A stretch of 44,645 bases of DNA from Phycisphaeraceae bacterium. GTDB taxonomy: Bacteria > Planctomycetota > Phycisphaerae > Phycisphaerales > Zrk34. How positions within the stretch are numbered: position 1 is the first letter of the stretch; every line of letters begins with the position of its first letter. The position numbers and the translations under genes are program-made. The stretch covers positions 4,688 through 49,332 of the forward strand of contig JBBDRF010000023.1 in the NCBI GenBank assembly GCA_040905565.1. Reading direction: 5' to 3'. Below the pieces are notes generated by a model. It ran no database searches and was not told where the DNA came from. It saw only the letters and a list, made by a program, of their open reading frames with translations. Shown piece after piece: positions 18,804 to 30,496 of this stretch.

Positions 18804-21191
18804 ATGTATCAGGCTAACGATATGTCAGACGCGCGGCGTCTTGTTGATCATGCCCACAGTCGCGGCTTTGGGTGGGCGTTTCTGTCGGGCGTTCTGCTCT
18901 GCCTTTCGCTCGGCGCTGGGGCGGTTCAGGCGGCGGAGCCGGGCGAGCAGATTTACGCTGAGAAGTGCGCCTCCTGTCACGGCGTGTCCGGCGAAGGCGT
19001 GCGGGGAGAGTTCTCCAGCCACCTCAGCGGAGACATGTCGCTGGCGAAGCTGGGCAGCTACATCGAGCGATGGATGCCCGAGGAAGATCCCGACGAGGTG
19101 GTGGGCGAAGAGGCGGAGCAGGTGGCGCGGTATGTCTACGACGCTTTCTATTCGCCGATCGCCCAGGCCCGCAATCGACCGGCCCGCGTTGAGCTGTCTC
19201 GGCTCACGGCTGAGCAGTACCGCCATGCCGTCGCCGACGTCGTCGCCAGCTTCCGGTCGCCGAGTGCTTCAGGAGATGATCGCGGCTTGCAGGCGCAGTA
19301 TTTTAACGCCAGGCGGCCCGGTGGCGACCGCGTCGCTGAACGCACCGATGAGCAGGTGCAGTTCGAGTTCGTCGGGGGTGGCGAGGTGGCAGAAGGGCTG
19401 GATTCGGTGGGGTTTTCCGCAAGGTGGCGTGGTTCGCTGATCGCGCCCGAGACCGGAACCTACGAGATGATCGTCCGTACCAATCACGGTTTTCGGCTGT
19501 GGGTGAACGGGACGGAGACGCCGTTGATTGATGGGTGGGTCGTCTCGCGCAATGAGACGGAGCATCGCGCGTCGATCTTTCTGATCGGCGGCCGCCGCTA
19601 CCCGCTTCGGCTGGATTTCACGTCGCGCGATCAAGGCGTGAATAAGGACGACCCCGATGCGAAGCCGGTCGAAGGTTTCCTTGACTTGAAATGGAAGAAG
19701 CCGAAGCACGTGGCGGAGGTGATCCCCTCACGCTACCTCTCGCCGAAGGGGTCGCAGGAAGTGTTGGTTGTGGCGACGCCGTTCCCGCCGGAGGATCGAA
19801 GCGTCGGGTACGAGCGTGGCACGTCGATCTCAAAGGCGTGGCATCGTGCGACGACGGACGCGGCCATCGAGGTTGCGAATTACGTCAGTGACAATCTCAC
19901 GGACCTGGCAGGCGGCAGCGATGATGCGGAGGAGCGCCAAGCGAAGGCTCGCGCGTTCGCCGTTCAGTTCGTCGAACGCGCCTTCCGTCGTCCCCTCAAT
20001 GAAGCGCAGCAGCAGTTGTTTGTCGATCAGCAGTTTTCGACTGCGCCTGATCTTGAAACGGCCGTCAAGCGCGTGGTGCTGCTGGCGTTGTCTTCGCCTC
20101 GGTTTCTCTACCTGGATTTCGGATCGGAAAATCCCGACAGCCACGAGGTGGCCACGCGATTGTCGTTCTCGCTGTGGGATTCGGTGCCCGACAAGCAGCT
20201 GCGTGAAGCTGCCGATGCGGGCGAGCTTGCCTCGGCCGAGGCGGTGAGGCGCCAGGCCGATCGCATGGTCGACGACCCGCGGACACGGCACAAAATGCGG
20301 CAGTTCTTCCACCATTGGCTGCATTTGGAACACAACGCGGACGCCAGCAAATCCGACGAGGTCTTCCCGGAGTTCGACGAAGCACTCGTTTCCGATCTGC
20401 GACGCTCGCTCGACCTTTTCCTCGAAGATGTCGTTTGGGGCGACAACCCGGACTTCCGGGAGTTGATGCGTTCGAACGAGCTGTACATCAACGGCCGTCT
20501 CGCCGCCTACTACGGTTTCGATCTCCCCGCCGACGCGCCGTTCCAGAAGGTGAAGGCGGACCATCCGCAGCGTCGGGGCGTCGTCTCGCATCCTTACGTG
20601 ATGGCGGTGTTCGCGTACCACGACACGACCTCGCCGATTCACCGCGGTGTGAATCTGGCGCGAGGCATGCTCGGCCGAACGTTACGCCCGCCGCCCGAAG
20701 CCTTCACCCCCGATCCCGCGGATCTGCATCCGGAGATGACGACGCGTGAGCGGGTCGCCGAGCAAACGGCACCGGCAGCGTGCGTCTCCTGCCATAGTCT
20801 GATCAATCCGCTTGGCTTTACGCTCGAAAACTTCGACGCTGTCGGACGCTTCCGCGAGGAGGAAGAGGGCAAGCCGATCGACAGCTCAGGCGGCTACGAA
20901 CTGGGGTCTGGCGAGCTGGAATCGTTCGAAGATGCAAGCGACCTCGCAGCCTATCTTGCGATGAGCGCCGAGGCGCGCGAGGCGTTCGTCCTTCAACTTT
21001 TTCACCATCTGGTGAAGCAACCGATTCGCGGCTACGGGCAGGATAAGCCGGCGGAAATGGGCGACGTGTTCGCGGAGCACGATTACCACATTCGCCGCAT
21101 CATGGCCGAGATCGCCGCAACGGCGGCCCTCGCGGGAACGCAGGCCGAGTCACTAACGCAGGCATCGCCCTCACCGTCTTCTGATAAATAA
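18804..21191 (+). CDS. Planctomycete cytochrome c + PA14 + DUF1587/1595/1592/1588/1585-type protein
   Basis: CASCH and CVSCH motifs, PA14 (FSARWRGSL...GTY, RLWVNG), RAFRRP, LSFSLWDSVPD, TSPIHRG, GFTLENFDAVG. Start uncertain (18804 or 18822). Confidence 0.88.
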   Translation: MYQANDMSDARRLVDHAHSRGFGWAFLSGVLLCLSLGAGAVQAAEPGEQIYAEKCASCHGVSGEGVRGEFSSHLSGDMSLAKLGSYIERWMPEEDPDEVVGEEAEQVARYVYDAFYSPIAQARNRPARVELSRLTAEQYRHAVADVVASFRSPSASGDDRGLQAQYFNARRPGGDRVAERTDEQVQFEFVGGGEVAEGLDSVGFSARWRGSLIAPETGTYEMIVRTNHGFRLWVNGTETPLIDGWVVSRNETEHRASIFLIGGRRYPLRLDFTSRDQGVNKDDPDAKPVEGFLDLKWKKPKHVAEVIPSRYLSPKGSQEVLVVATPFPPEDRSVGYERGTSISKAWHRATTDAAIEVANYVSDNLTDLAGGSDDAEERQAKARAFAVQFVERAFRRPLNEAQQQLFVDQQFSTAPDLETAVKRVVLLALSSPRFLYLDFGSENPDSHEVATRLSFSLWDSVPDKQLREAADAGELASAEAVRRQADRMVDDPRTRHKMRQFFHHWLHLEHNADASKSDEVFPEFDEALVSDLRRSLDLFLEDVVWGDNPDFRELMRSNELYINGRLAAYYGFDLPADAPFQKVKADHPQRRGVVSHPYVMAVFAYHDTTSPIHRGVNLARGMLGRTLRPPPEAFTPDPADLHPEMTTRERVAEQTAPAACVSCHSLINPLGFTLENFDAVGRFREEEEGKPIDSSGGYELGSGELESFEDASDLAAYLAMSAEAREAFVLQLFHHLVKQPIRGYGQDKPAEMGDVFAEHDYHIRRIMAEIAATAALAGTQAESLTQASPSPSSDK

Positions 21192-21296
21192 CAACACCCA
21201 AGACCTTTTCGACGTGACCCACGGCTGCGAAAGGGTATAATGTGCTACAGATTGTTGATGCCTCGTGTCGACGGTTTTTTTCCCTGGAGCAGTAAC

Positions 21297-22622
<1,326 letters not shown>

Positions 22623-22653
22623 ACCATGCCAGGCGATCCAGCGGTGTAAGCAA

Positions 22654-22726
22654 AGCCACCTGTCGGATTCGAACCGACGACCTGCTGTTTACAAGACAGC
22701 TGCTCTGCCAACTGAGCTAAGGTGGC
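22654..22726 (-). tRNA. tRNA-Thr(UGU)
   Basis: Reverse complement GCCACCTTAGCTCAGTTGGCAGAGCAGCTGTCTTGTAAACAGCAGGTCGTCGGTTCGAATCCGACAGGTGGCT folds as a cloverleaf with anticodon loop CTTGTAA. CCA is not encoded. Confidence 0.97.
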
Positions 22727-22849
22727 GACTGTTGTCAGGGAATCGTACCGCGAAACTCGGCGACGGCAAGGGGGCCTGCATATGGTCAGGGCCTTGGCCG
22801 ATGGCCCCGCGCCGAACGCCTGCCAAGGCCGGGGATATGTGTGATCGCC

Positions 22850-23689
22850 TTACTCGGTTTCGGGGGTGTCCGATGGTGGGGGGGGCGGGTTGTTTCTGTT
22901 TTGCTGCTGGCGCTTTTGCTGAGCGATGACCTTTTGTTTGAACTGGTCGAATGATCGGCTGAGCGTGGCGTGCAGGCGTGGGACCTGGGCTGCGGACATG
23001 AAGATGCGAGCCGTGACGGTCGACCGCGGATAGAAGCTGGTGATGAAGTCGAAGCAGAACTCGGCTGGCGAATGCGTGATCATCACGGTGTTGGCGTAGG
23101 TGCCGGTGGCGACTTCTTCGGGGAGCTTGAGCTGGCCGTAGATCTCTTCGACGGAAGGCGGCGTAGGCGCGGCAGGAGGCTCACCAGGCGAAGCTTCATC
23201 GCTGAAGCCGCTGTCATACCCGCCAGCGGAAGGGGTCGAAGGGGTGGGCGTCTGCGTAGAGCCCGGGTCGCCGGTGTCGGAAGGGGGCACGCTTGCGTCG
23301 AGTCCTGCCGACTCCGCGCTGCTCTGCCCGGCATCCGCCGGCGCGTCGGATTTCGCCTCGGCGTCGGCGTCGGTTGCGGTGGGGGGGGTGGGCAGTTCGG
23401 GCATGGGGCCGAAGCGTTTGGTGTAGTTGTCGAAATTCTGCTGCATCGCCCGGACCATCGACTGCATGATGGTGGTCGGCAGCACGACGCGCGCGACGAC
23501 CTGGTGCGGCCGGGTGACCGATTGCAGGAAGTCGATGATGAATTCGTGTGGCCCGTTCAGGACGAGCGCCCCAGTGGCGAAGACACCTCGGGAGATCTCT
23601 TCGGGAACGCGTGCGGAAACCTGCTCATGGCGGATACGCTGGGAGAACTGGCCGGGCTGATTCGGATCGGGGGAGGATGGATCGGTCAT
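22850..23689 (-). CDS. Tandem DUF3467-like domain protein
   Basis: Two repeats (GVFATGALV..GPHEFIIDF..VVARVVL and GTYANTVMITHSPAEFCFDF..VTARIFM) separated by a P/S/A/D-rich linker. Confidence 0.8.
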   Translation of the reverse strand: MTDPSSPDPNQPGQFSQRIRHEQVSARVPEEISRGVFATGALVLNGPHEFIIDFLQSVTRPHQVVARVVLPTTIMQSMVRAMQQNFDNYTKRFGPMPELPTPPTATDADAEAKSDAPADAGQSSAESAGLDASVPPSDTGDPGSTQTPTPSTPSAGGYDSGFSDEASPGEPPAAPTPPSVEEIYGQLKLPEEVATGTYANTVMITHSPAEFCFDFITSFYPRSTVTARIFMSAAQVPRLHATLSRSFDQFKQKVIAQQKRQQQNRNNPPPPPSDTPETE

Positions 23690-23838
23690 GACATCACGTT
23701 AGACCGATGCGCCCGCGGTCGCAAGCGCCGCGGCGGGTCCGCCACGCGGGTTCAGCCCCGCCGCTTGAGCCGGAGGGGGCGACGAATTACGCTACGGTCG
23801 CTTTGAAGAGACCGGATTCACCGCATAGAGAGATTTTC

Positions 23839-24888
23839 ATGTCCATCATCAGATACGGTATCATCGGCGCGGGGGCGATTGCGCAGCGTCGGCACATGCC
23901 CGAAGCGCATGCTCACGCTCATTCTACCGTCGCCGCCATTGCCGATCCGTCCGAGGGCCGGGCCGAGGCCATCGCCCAGACCTACGGGGCTCGGCCTTAC
24001 ACCGACTACAAAGCGATGCTTCAGGATGAGGATATCGACGCCGTCGTCGTCGCCTGCCCCAACGCCTACCACGCGCCGATGACCATCGCTGCCCTCGAAG
24101 CGGGCAAGCACGTGCTGTGCGAGAAGCCGATGGCCACCACCCGCGAAGACGCCCGGAAGATGATCGCCACGGCCGAGCGCACCAAGCGCCACCTGATGAT
24201 CGCCATGAATCAGCGTTTCATGCCCGCCCACATCACGGCGAAACGGATCCTCGATTCCGGCCGCCTCGGCAAAGTGCTCACCTTCCGCACGGCCTTTAAG
24301 CACGGCGGGCCCGAAGCGTGGAGCGTCGACGGCTCAAAGAGCTGGTTCTTCGATGCCACCGCAGCCTTCATGGGCGTCACCGGTGACCTCGGCGTGCACA
24401 AGGTCGACCTCGTCCGCTGGCTGCTCGGCGATGAGTTCAGCGAAGTGTCCGCGGCCATCGAAACCCTCGACAAGACCGGCCCCGACGGCAAACCCATCGG
24501 CCTGGACGATAACGCGTTCCTCACGCTGCGCACCGCGAGCAACGTCCTCGGCACCGTCAACCTCTCCTGGACCACCTACAGCGGCGAGGAAAACGACACC
24601 GTCATCTACTGCACCAACGGCGTGCTGAAGATCGGCACCGATCCCGACTTCGCCGTGACCGTCGACTACCGCAACGGCGACCGCGAACTGCACAAAGTCG
24701 GCGCCCTCGCCACCAACGATTCGCAGGTCGCCAGCGGCGTGATCGATGCCTTCACCGAAGCCATCCGCACCGACCGCACCCCCGAAGTCGACGGCACCGA
24801 AGGCTACCGCTGCCTGAACGTGATCCTCACCGCCATGGAATCGGCCAAGGCCCATAAAGTTACGCCCATCGACAACAACGTCACCTGA
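23839..24888 (+). CDS. Gfo/Idh/MocA family oxidoreductase
   Basis: GIIGAGAIA, AGKHVLCEKPMA, DLGVH. Confidence 0.93.
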   Translation: MSIIRYGIIGAGAIAQRRHMPEAHAHAHSTVAAIADPSEGRAEAIAQTYGARPYTDYKAMLQDEDIDAVVVACPNAYHAPMTIAALEAGKHVLCEKPMATTREDARKMIATAERTKRHLMIAMNQRFMPAHITAKRILDSGRLGKVLTFRTAFKHGGPEAWSVDGSKSWFFDATAAFMGVTGDLGVHKVDLVRWLLGDEFSEVSAAIETLDKTGPDGKPIGLDDNAFLTLRTASNVLGTVNLSWTTYSGEENDTVIYCTNGVLKIGTDPDFAVTVDYRNGDRELHKVGALATNDSQVASGVIDAFTEAIRTDRTPEVDGTEGYRCLNVILTAMESAKAHKVTPIDNNVT

Positions 24889-24965
24889 TAAACTGTGCGA
24901 AAGCACGTTCGGCCATCGCCAAGCAGCCGCCAAGAAGCGGCTCAAAACCAGCAAGGAAATAACGC

Positions 24966-26258
24966 ATGGATGCGTTTCTGATCAAAGGCGGCAAACGGCT
25001 CAAGGGCCCGGTCAAAGTCAGCGGCTCCAAGAACGCCGCCCTGCCTTTGATGGCCGGCACGCTGCTGGCCGAGGGCCCGGTCACGCTGCACGATGTCCCG
25101 CATCTGTCGGACATCAACAACATGGCCCGCCTGCTTCGGGAGCTCGGCTGCGAAGTCTCCCACGGCGACGATCGCACCATGCGTATCGAAGTCACCGACG
25201 AGCACAACTCACACGCCCGCTACGACGTCGTCCGCACCATGCGTGCCAGCATCTGCGTGATGGGCCCGCTGCTGGCCAAGCGTGGCTCGGCACGCGTCTC
25301 CATGCCAGGCGGCTGCGCCATCGGCGATCGCCCGGTCGACCTGCACCTCCGCGGCCTTGAAGCACTGGGGGCGGAGGTCGAACTCGAAGGCGGCGACATC
25401 CTCATCCGCGCCAAGAAACTCCGCGGCAACCGCATCTTTCTCGGCGGCCCCTTCGGCCCCACCGTGCTCGGCACCATCAACGTGATGAGTGCTGCCACCC
25501 TTGCTGAGGGCACCACCATCATCGAGCAGGCGGCGTGCGAACCCGAAGTCACCGACGTCGCTGACATGCTCAACGCCATGGGTGCTCACATCTCCGGGGC
25601 CGGCACGCCACGCATCACCATCGAAGGCGTTAAAACGCTGGGTAATACCGAGCATCGCGTCGTTCCCGACCGCATCGAAGCGGGCACCCTGATGATGGCT
25701 GCGGCGATCACCAACGGCGATATCCGGATCGACAACTGCCCCCTCGACGCCCTGACCGCGCTGATGGATTGCCTCTCCGCGATCGGCGTCAGCGTCGAAC
25801 CGGTCGACGGCTCGGTCGACCCAATGCGCACCAGTGTCGACGTCGCCTCCGCCCGCCGTCTGAGTCCCGTGACCGTGACGACCCAGCCGCACCCGGGCTT
25901 TCCGACCGATCTGCAAGCGCAGATCATGGCGTTGCTGACGATCGCGGACGGCAACTCGATCATTACCGAGAAGATCTTCCCCGAACGTTTCCTGCACGTC
26001 GCGGAACTCAGCCGCATGGGTGCCCGCCTCTACCGGCAGGGGCCGACCGTCATGGTCACCGGCGTGAACCAGCTCATCGGCGCACCGGTGATGGCTTCGG
26101 ATCTGCGTGCGTCAGCCGGCCTCGTCCTCGCAGCACTCGGCGCCAAGGGGACGACCACCATCAACCGTGTCTATCATCTTGATCGCGGCTACGAACAACT
26201 CGAAAAGAAGCTCATCAGCCTCGGTGCCGAAATCGAGCGCATCAAAACCGACGTCTGA
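24966..26258 (+). CDS. murA: UDP-N-acetylglucosamine 1-carboxyvinyltransferase
   Basis: [21 protein letters not shown] (active-site Cys), [25 protein letters not shown]. Confidence 0.97.
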   Translation: MDAFLIKGGKRLKGPVKVSGSKNAALPLMAGTLLAEGPVTLHDVPHLSDINNMARLLRELGCEVSHGDDRTMRIEVTDEHNSHARYDVVRTMRASICVMGPLLAKRGSARVSMPGGCAIGDRPVDLHLRGLEALGAEVELEGGDILIRAKKLRGNRIFLGGPFGPTVLGTINVMSAATLAEGTTIIEQAACEPEVTDVADMLNAMGAHISGAGTPRITIEGVKTLGNTEHRVVPDRIEAGTLMMAAAITNGDIRIDNCPLDALTALMDCLSAIGVSVEPVDGSVDPMRTSVDVASARRLSPVTVTTQPHPGFPTDLQAQIMALLTIADGNSIITEKIFPERFLHVAELSRMGARLYRQGPTVMVTGVNQLIGAPVMASDLRASAGLVLAALGAKGTTTINRVYHLDRGYEQLEKKLISLGAEIERIKTDV

Positions 26259-26308
26259 CCCCCCCCATCTGTTCCCGCATGTTGCCCCGACCGAATTGGA
26301 AAGCCCCC

Positions 26309-26533
26309 ATGCCGCAAACTGAAGCCACGAAACTCGATGCCGAACTGCTTGCCATGCTCGTCTGCCCCGTGACGCGTTCGCCGTTGCGGCAGGAGGGCGA
26401 CGAATTGGTGGGCGAAACAGGCGGCCTCCGCTTCCCCATCCGCGACGGCATCCCCGTCCTGCTCGCCGACGAGGCCACGCTCCCCAAGGGCTTCGACAGC
26501 CTCGAAAAGTTCAAAGAGCACTTCGCTTCTTGA
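26309..26533 (+). CDS. Trm112-like (UPF0434/YcaR) protein
   Basis: LL.MLVCPVT..PL and [14 protein letters not shown]. Confidence 0.9.
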   Translation: MPQTEATKLDAELLAMLVCPVTRSPLRQEGDELVGETGGLRFPIRDGIPVLLADEATLPKGFDSLEKFKEHFAS

Positions 26534-26555
26534 AGCACTGCCAAAAACGCCCCCA

Positions 26556-26714
26556 ACGAGCCGCGACCGTAAGGGAGCGGATGTGCGTAAGGCTTCTGAC
26601 GCGCGTGGCGGAACGCGTGGAACGATGAGCGGTGACTTGTCTTGTACGTGAAGTGCTAACGTGACGGTGCGCGAAGGCCTAGCACACGACCGCTCACTCA
26701 CGGTCGCGGCTCGT
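26556..26714. repeat. REPIN-like element, family A (copy 1)
   Basis: acgagccgcgaccgtaagggagcgg at 26556 and inverted accgctcactcacggtcgcggctcgt at 26689-26714, between convergent genes. Confidence 0.8.
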
Positions 26715-26746
26715 TTGAGACGTTCGTGAATCGTCGCGAGCGTTTG

Positions 26747-28726
26747 CTAAACCCCTTCAGCGCGGCGGAGCCATTCGGTTTCCAGCGGTCGCAACTCAGC
26801 GGCGAGTTTGTCGCGCGTCGCCTGCAGCCGTTTCACCTTTTCACCATCACGGTAAACGTCGGGATCGGCCAGCTGCTTGTCCGTCTCGGCCAGCTTTGCT
26901 TCGAGCTCCACCATCGTCGCTTCAAGCTTCTTCTGACTCAGCTTCGTCTCCGCCCCCCCCACCTTGCCCGACTGTTTGTCCGAGCGTTTGGGGGGGCTCG
27001 GGGCGTTCTTTTTCGAGGGCGAGGCGGGGGCGGAAGATTTCGATTCGCTCGACGATGCGCCGGACCCAACGGTGGGGGGGGCGGCGGCGATGTAGTCGGA
27101 GTAGTTGCCCAGGAAGTGCCGGGCGTTGCCGTGGCCGTCGAAGATGATCAGTTGATCGACCAGTGCATCGAGGAACATCCGGTCATGGGAGATCACGATC
27201 AGCGTCCCGCCGCCCGTTTGTTTGCCGCCGTAGCCCGAGGGTTCGGCTGCGTACTGGCCGAGCGCCCGTTCGAGTCGCTCAGCTGAGGGGATATCCAGAT
27301 GGTTCGTCGGTTCGTCGAGCACCAGCAGGTTCTTGGCGCTGACCAGCAGCCCCGCCAGGACGCCGCGCGCCCGCTCACCGCCGGAGAGCACCGCCAGCTG
27401 TTTTTCCTGATCGATGCCTGAGAACAGGAACGCCCCCGCCAGGTCGCGTGCTTCCTGTTCCGTCCCGCCGGGCACGAACTTTTGCAGGTACTGGATGACG
27501 GTCAGGCTCAGGTCCAGGTCGTCATGCGTCTGCGTGAAATGGCCCACCTCCAGCGAGGCCCCCAGCCGGACGCGTCCGGCGTCAGGCGGCTGCTCACCCA
27601 GCAGCGTCCGAATCAGCGTCGTCTTTCCCGCGCCGTTCGGCCCGATGATGCCGATGCGATCCGCACGTTGAATCGTCAGCGAAAAATCGTGGAACAGCGT
27701 CTTGCTGTCGTACGCTTTGCTGATCTCGTCGGCCGTCACCACCAGATCGCCCGAGCGCGGCGGCGGCGGAATGGTGATGTTCACCTCGTCCATATCCGCC
27801 GGCCGTTCCAGAAGCTCATCACGCTTGTAGCGCTCCAGCCGTTTCTCCCGGCCCTGCGCCTGCGACGAGCGCTGCCCCGCCCGGTAGCGGTCAATGAACT
27901 GCTGCTGCTGGCGGATGTGGTCCCGCTGTTTGTCGTAGCGCCGTTGCTGCGTGAGCCGGCGTTCGTACCGCTGCTCGCGAAAAGCAGCATAATTGCCGGG
28001 GTATTCTGACAGCCGCCCCATCTCCAGCTCGTAGATGCGATCGACCGAACGATCCAGCAGCCACCGGTCATGGCTGACCAGAATCACCGCCCCGCGGTAG
28101 TCAGCAAGGTAGCGCTCGAGCCATTCCCGCCCAGCGATATCCAGGTGGTTGGTCGGCTCATCGAGCAGCAGAATCTCAGGCTCCTGCAGCAGCAGCTTCG
28201 CCAGGGCGAGCCGGCCCTTCTGGCCGCCGGAGAGGTCGGAAACTTTGACGTCGAAGAACGCATCGTCGAGGCCGAGGCCGTGCAGCGTGGCATCGATCTT
28301 ATGATCCACCGCGTACCCGCCGGCAGCGTGGATCTGCCGTTCGAGCTTCTCGTACTGCTTCATCAGCTTCTCGAGCGCGTCGTCCGCAGCGGTGGCCATT
28401 TCGTGGGTGACATCGTGAAGCTTGCGATGCAGGCGCTGCAACTCGGCGTAGGCGGAGCCCGCTTCCTCACGCAGCGTTTTGCTTTCGTCGAGGTCCGGAT
28501 CCTGCGTGAGGTAGCCGGCGGTGGCGTTGCGGGCGAGTTGAATCTGCCCGGACTCAGGCTTGAACGGCGAAGCGCCCACGACCAGCTTCAACAGCGTGCT
28601 CTTGCCGCAGCCGTTGGGGCCGACCATGCCGACGTGCTCGCCGGGCTCGACCGAAAGCGAAATGCCGTCGAGCACCACGCGGTCGCCGATGGACAGATGT
28701 AGATTTGCGATTGTAAGAAGGGCCAT
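26747..28726 (-). CDS. ABC-F family ATPase (Uup/YheS-like)
   Basis: Two NBDs (GPNGCGKST, LSGGQ, LLDEPTNHLD; GPNGAGKTT, LSGGE), interdomain linker and C-terminal coiled coil. No TM segments. Confidence 0.93.
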   Translation of the reverse strand: MALLTIANLHLSIGDRVVLDGISLSVEPGEHVGMVGPNGCGKSTLLKLVVGASPFKPESGQIQLARNATAGYLTQDPDLDESKTLREEAGSAYAELQRLHRKLHDVTHEMATAADDALEKLMKQYEKLERQIHAAGGYAVDHKIDATLHGLGLDDAFFDVKVSDLSGGQKGRLALAKLLLQEPEILLLDEPTNHLDIAGREWLERYLADYRGAVILVSHDRWLLDRSVDRIYELEMGRLSEYPGNYAAFREQRYERRLTQQRRYDKQRDHIRQQQQFIDRYRAGQRSSQAQGREKRLERYKRDELLERPADMDEVNITIPPPPRSGDLVVTADEISKAYDSKTLFHDFSLTIQRADRIGIIGPNGAGKTTLIRTLLGEQPPDAGRVRLGASLEVGHFTQTHDDLDLSLTVIQYLQKFVPGGTEQEARDLAGAFLFSGIDQEKQLAVLSGGERARGVLAGLLVSAKNLLVLDEPTNHLDIPSAERLERALGQYAAEPSGYGGKQTGGGTLIVISHDRMFLDALVDQLIIFDGHGNARHFLGNYSDYIAAAPPTVGSGASSSESKSSAPASPSKKNAPSPPKRSDKQSGKVGGAETKLSQKKLEATMVELEAKLAETDKQLADPDVYRDGEKVKRLQATRDKLAAELRPLETEWLRRAEGV

Positions 28727-28790
28727 AGTCCGGAGAGTGTCCTCGCCCACCGCCGTCGACGCAAGCGCTCCAGCGTTCACCGGCGGCCGC

Positions 28791-28816
28791 GTTAGCGGGC
28801 GATCGCAGATCGCCGT
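28791..28816 (+). repeat. REP-like palindrome, family C
   Basis: gttagcgggcgatcgcagatcgccgt; 25 nt are identical to 35726-35750. Confidence 0.75.
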
Positions 28817-29015
28817 CGGGAGCACCCCCGGCTGCACGGCCTGTGCCGGTTATTTCGCTTGTCCTAGTCATGATGTACAGGTACACTCGGCCCCCGGCTG
28901 GCGTTCCGGGGACTTTTACGCAGCAGATTATCTGGCGAACTGGGTGTTGCCGTGATTTCACGGAGCGCGCCGCGTTCCTGTCCCGGCATCCATCCAACAA
29001 ACGGCGAGACGGCAA

Positions 29016-30452
29016 ATGATGTTTAGACAACGCTTGATTACAGCGTGCGTGGTGGTGCTCGGAGCGATGCTGCTGGTGAATCCCGCAGCCGGGCAGACCC
29101 AGATCGACCGGTTCGAAAGGCAGCTTGAGCAGGTCCGCCGCGAGACGCGGATGCTCGTCCATCCCGACGTGCCTGTTGAGCAGCGGGCGCTGGTGGATTT
29201 CGGAGCCTACGCTTCGTTCTACTTCCTCGCCATGGATGACATCCAGGGCAGCACGCACATCCTGCGTCAGACGGAGTTGAACCCCTACGCCCGGGTCAAT
29301 TTCGACGGTGCTCACGAGTTCTTCTTCCGCGGCCGCGTCGGCTACCGCGACTGGAACAGCGGCGACGCCTTCGACGGCCGAGGCGACCGCACGCTCGGCC
29401 CCCACCTCGAACGCGCCTACTACCGCTTCGACCTCCGCCGCGCCATGGCCGCCTACGAAGGCGAGAACATCGACTTCAACCTGACCATTCAGGGCGGTCG
29501 GCAACTCGTCCACTGGGCCAACGGACTCGTGCTCAGCACCGAACTCGACGGCGGTATCGTCGGCGGTGAACTCGGCTCCCTCACGATCCAGGCGATCGGC
29601 GGCCGATCCCGCAAGCGTCAAACCGACATCGATTCCGCCCGACCACGCTTCGATCGCAACATGCAACGCGACTTCTTCGGCGGCATCGTCACCTACGAAC
29701 TCTCCGCCAACCACCGCCCCTTCGTCTACGGCCTCGTCCAACGCGATGAGAACGACGACGAAAGCATCAACTTCCTCGGCAGCGACACGCGATTCGACTA
29801 CAACAGCCACTACATCGGCGTCGGCTCCGAAGGCAATCTCACCGACAAACTGCTCTACGGCGTCGAAGCCGTCTATCAGGGCGGCGACACGCTCAGCTTC
29901 GCTCCCTTCGGCACGCAAACGCGTGAAGATATCCGCGCGTGGGCACTCAGCGCCCGGGGCGACTACCTCGTCACCGATGCCAACAACACCCGCTTCACCG
30001 CCGAGTTCGTCGCAGCCAGCGGTGACGATGACCGCGTCTTCCACACCACCAACACGTTCGGCGGCGTCCAGCCCGGCCACACCGACAACGCCTTCAACGC
30101 CTTCGGCCTCGTCAACACCGGCTACGCATTCAACACCAACGCCTCGAACCTCCTCATGCTCCGCCTGGGCGCGTCGACCTATCCCTTCGCCGAAACGCAG
30201 GGCATCTTTCAGCGCCTGCAACTCGGTGCCGACTTCTTCGTCTTCAACAAAATGGACGCCGACGGCCCCATCGACGAACCCACCGACGACAGCCGCTATC
30301 TCGGCCTCGAAACCGATTTCTACGCCAACTGGCAAGTCACCAGCGACCTCGCCGTCACCACACGCTACGGCGTCTTCTTCCCCGGCGGCGCCATCGCAGC
30401 CGGCTCCAACCCACGCCACTTCCTCTTCACAGGCGTGACGCTCGGCTTCTAA
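29016..30452 (+). CDS. Outer-membrane beta-barrel protein, alginate-export (AlgE)-like
   Basis: Signal peptide, alternating amphipathic beta strands, AlgE-like segments (GGRQ..W, ASGDDD, YLG.E.D.Y.NW), C-terminal Phe (GVTLGF). Confidence 0.8.
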   Translation: MMFRQRLITACVVVLGAMLLVNPAAGQTQIDRFERQLEQVRRETRMLVHPDVPVEQRALVDFGAYASFYFLAMDDIQGSTHILRQTELNPYARVNFDGAHEFFFRGRVGYRDWNSGDAFDGRGDRTLGPHLERAYYRFDLRRAMAAYEGENIDFNLTIQGGRQLVHWANGLVLSTELDGGIVGGELGSLTIQAIGGRSRKRQTDIDSARPRFDRNMQRDFFGGIVTYELSANHRPFVYGLVQRDENDDESINFLGSDTRFDYNSHYIGVGSEGNLTDKLLYGVEAVYQGGDTLSFAPFGTQTREDIRAWALSARGDYLVTDANNTRFTAEFVAASGDDDRVFHTTNTFGGVQPGHTDNAFNAFGLVNTGYAFNTNASNLLMLRLGASTYPFAETQGIFQRLQLGADFFVFNKMDADGPIDEPTDDSRYLGLETDFYANWQVTSDLAVTTRYGVFFPGGAIAAGSNPRHFLFTGVTLGF

Positions 30453-30496
30453 GAAACACCCACCCGCACCGGCGAATCCGCGTGGAGCCTCAAACG

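Noticed and set aside
28909..28941. dif-like site (minus strand agttcgccagataatctgctgcgtaaaa)
   Set aside because: Only one arm loosely resembles a XerC box; the XerD arm TTATGTTAAAT is not matched.
28950..28963. Palindrome ccgtga-tt-tcacgg as a CRP site upstream of the barrel gene
   Set aside because: The spacer is 2 nt rather than the 6 nt of TGTGA-N6-TCACA, and it is too short to support alone.
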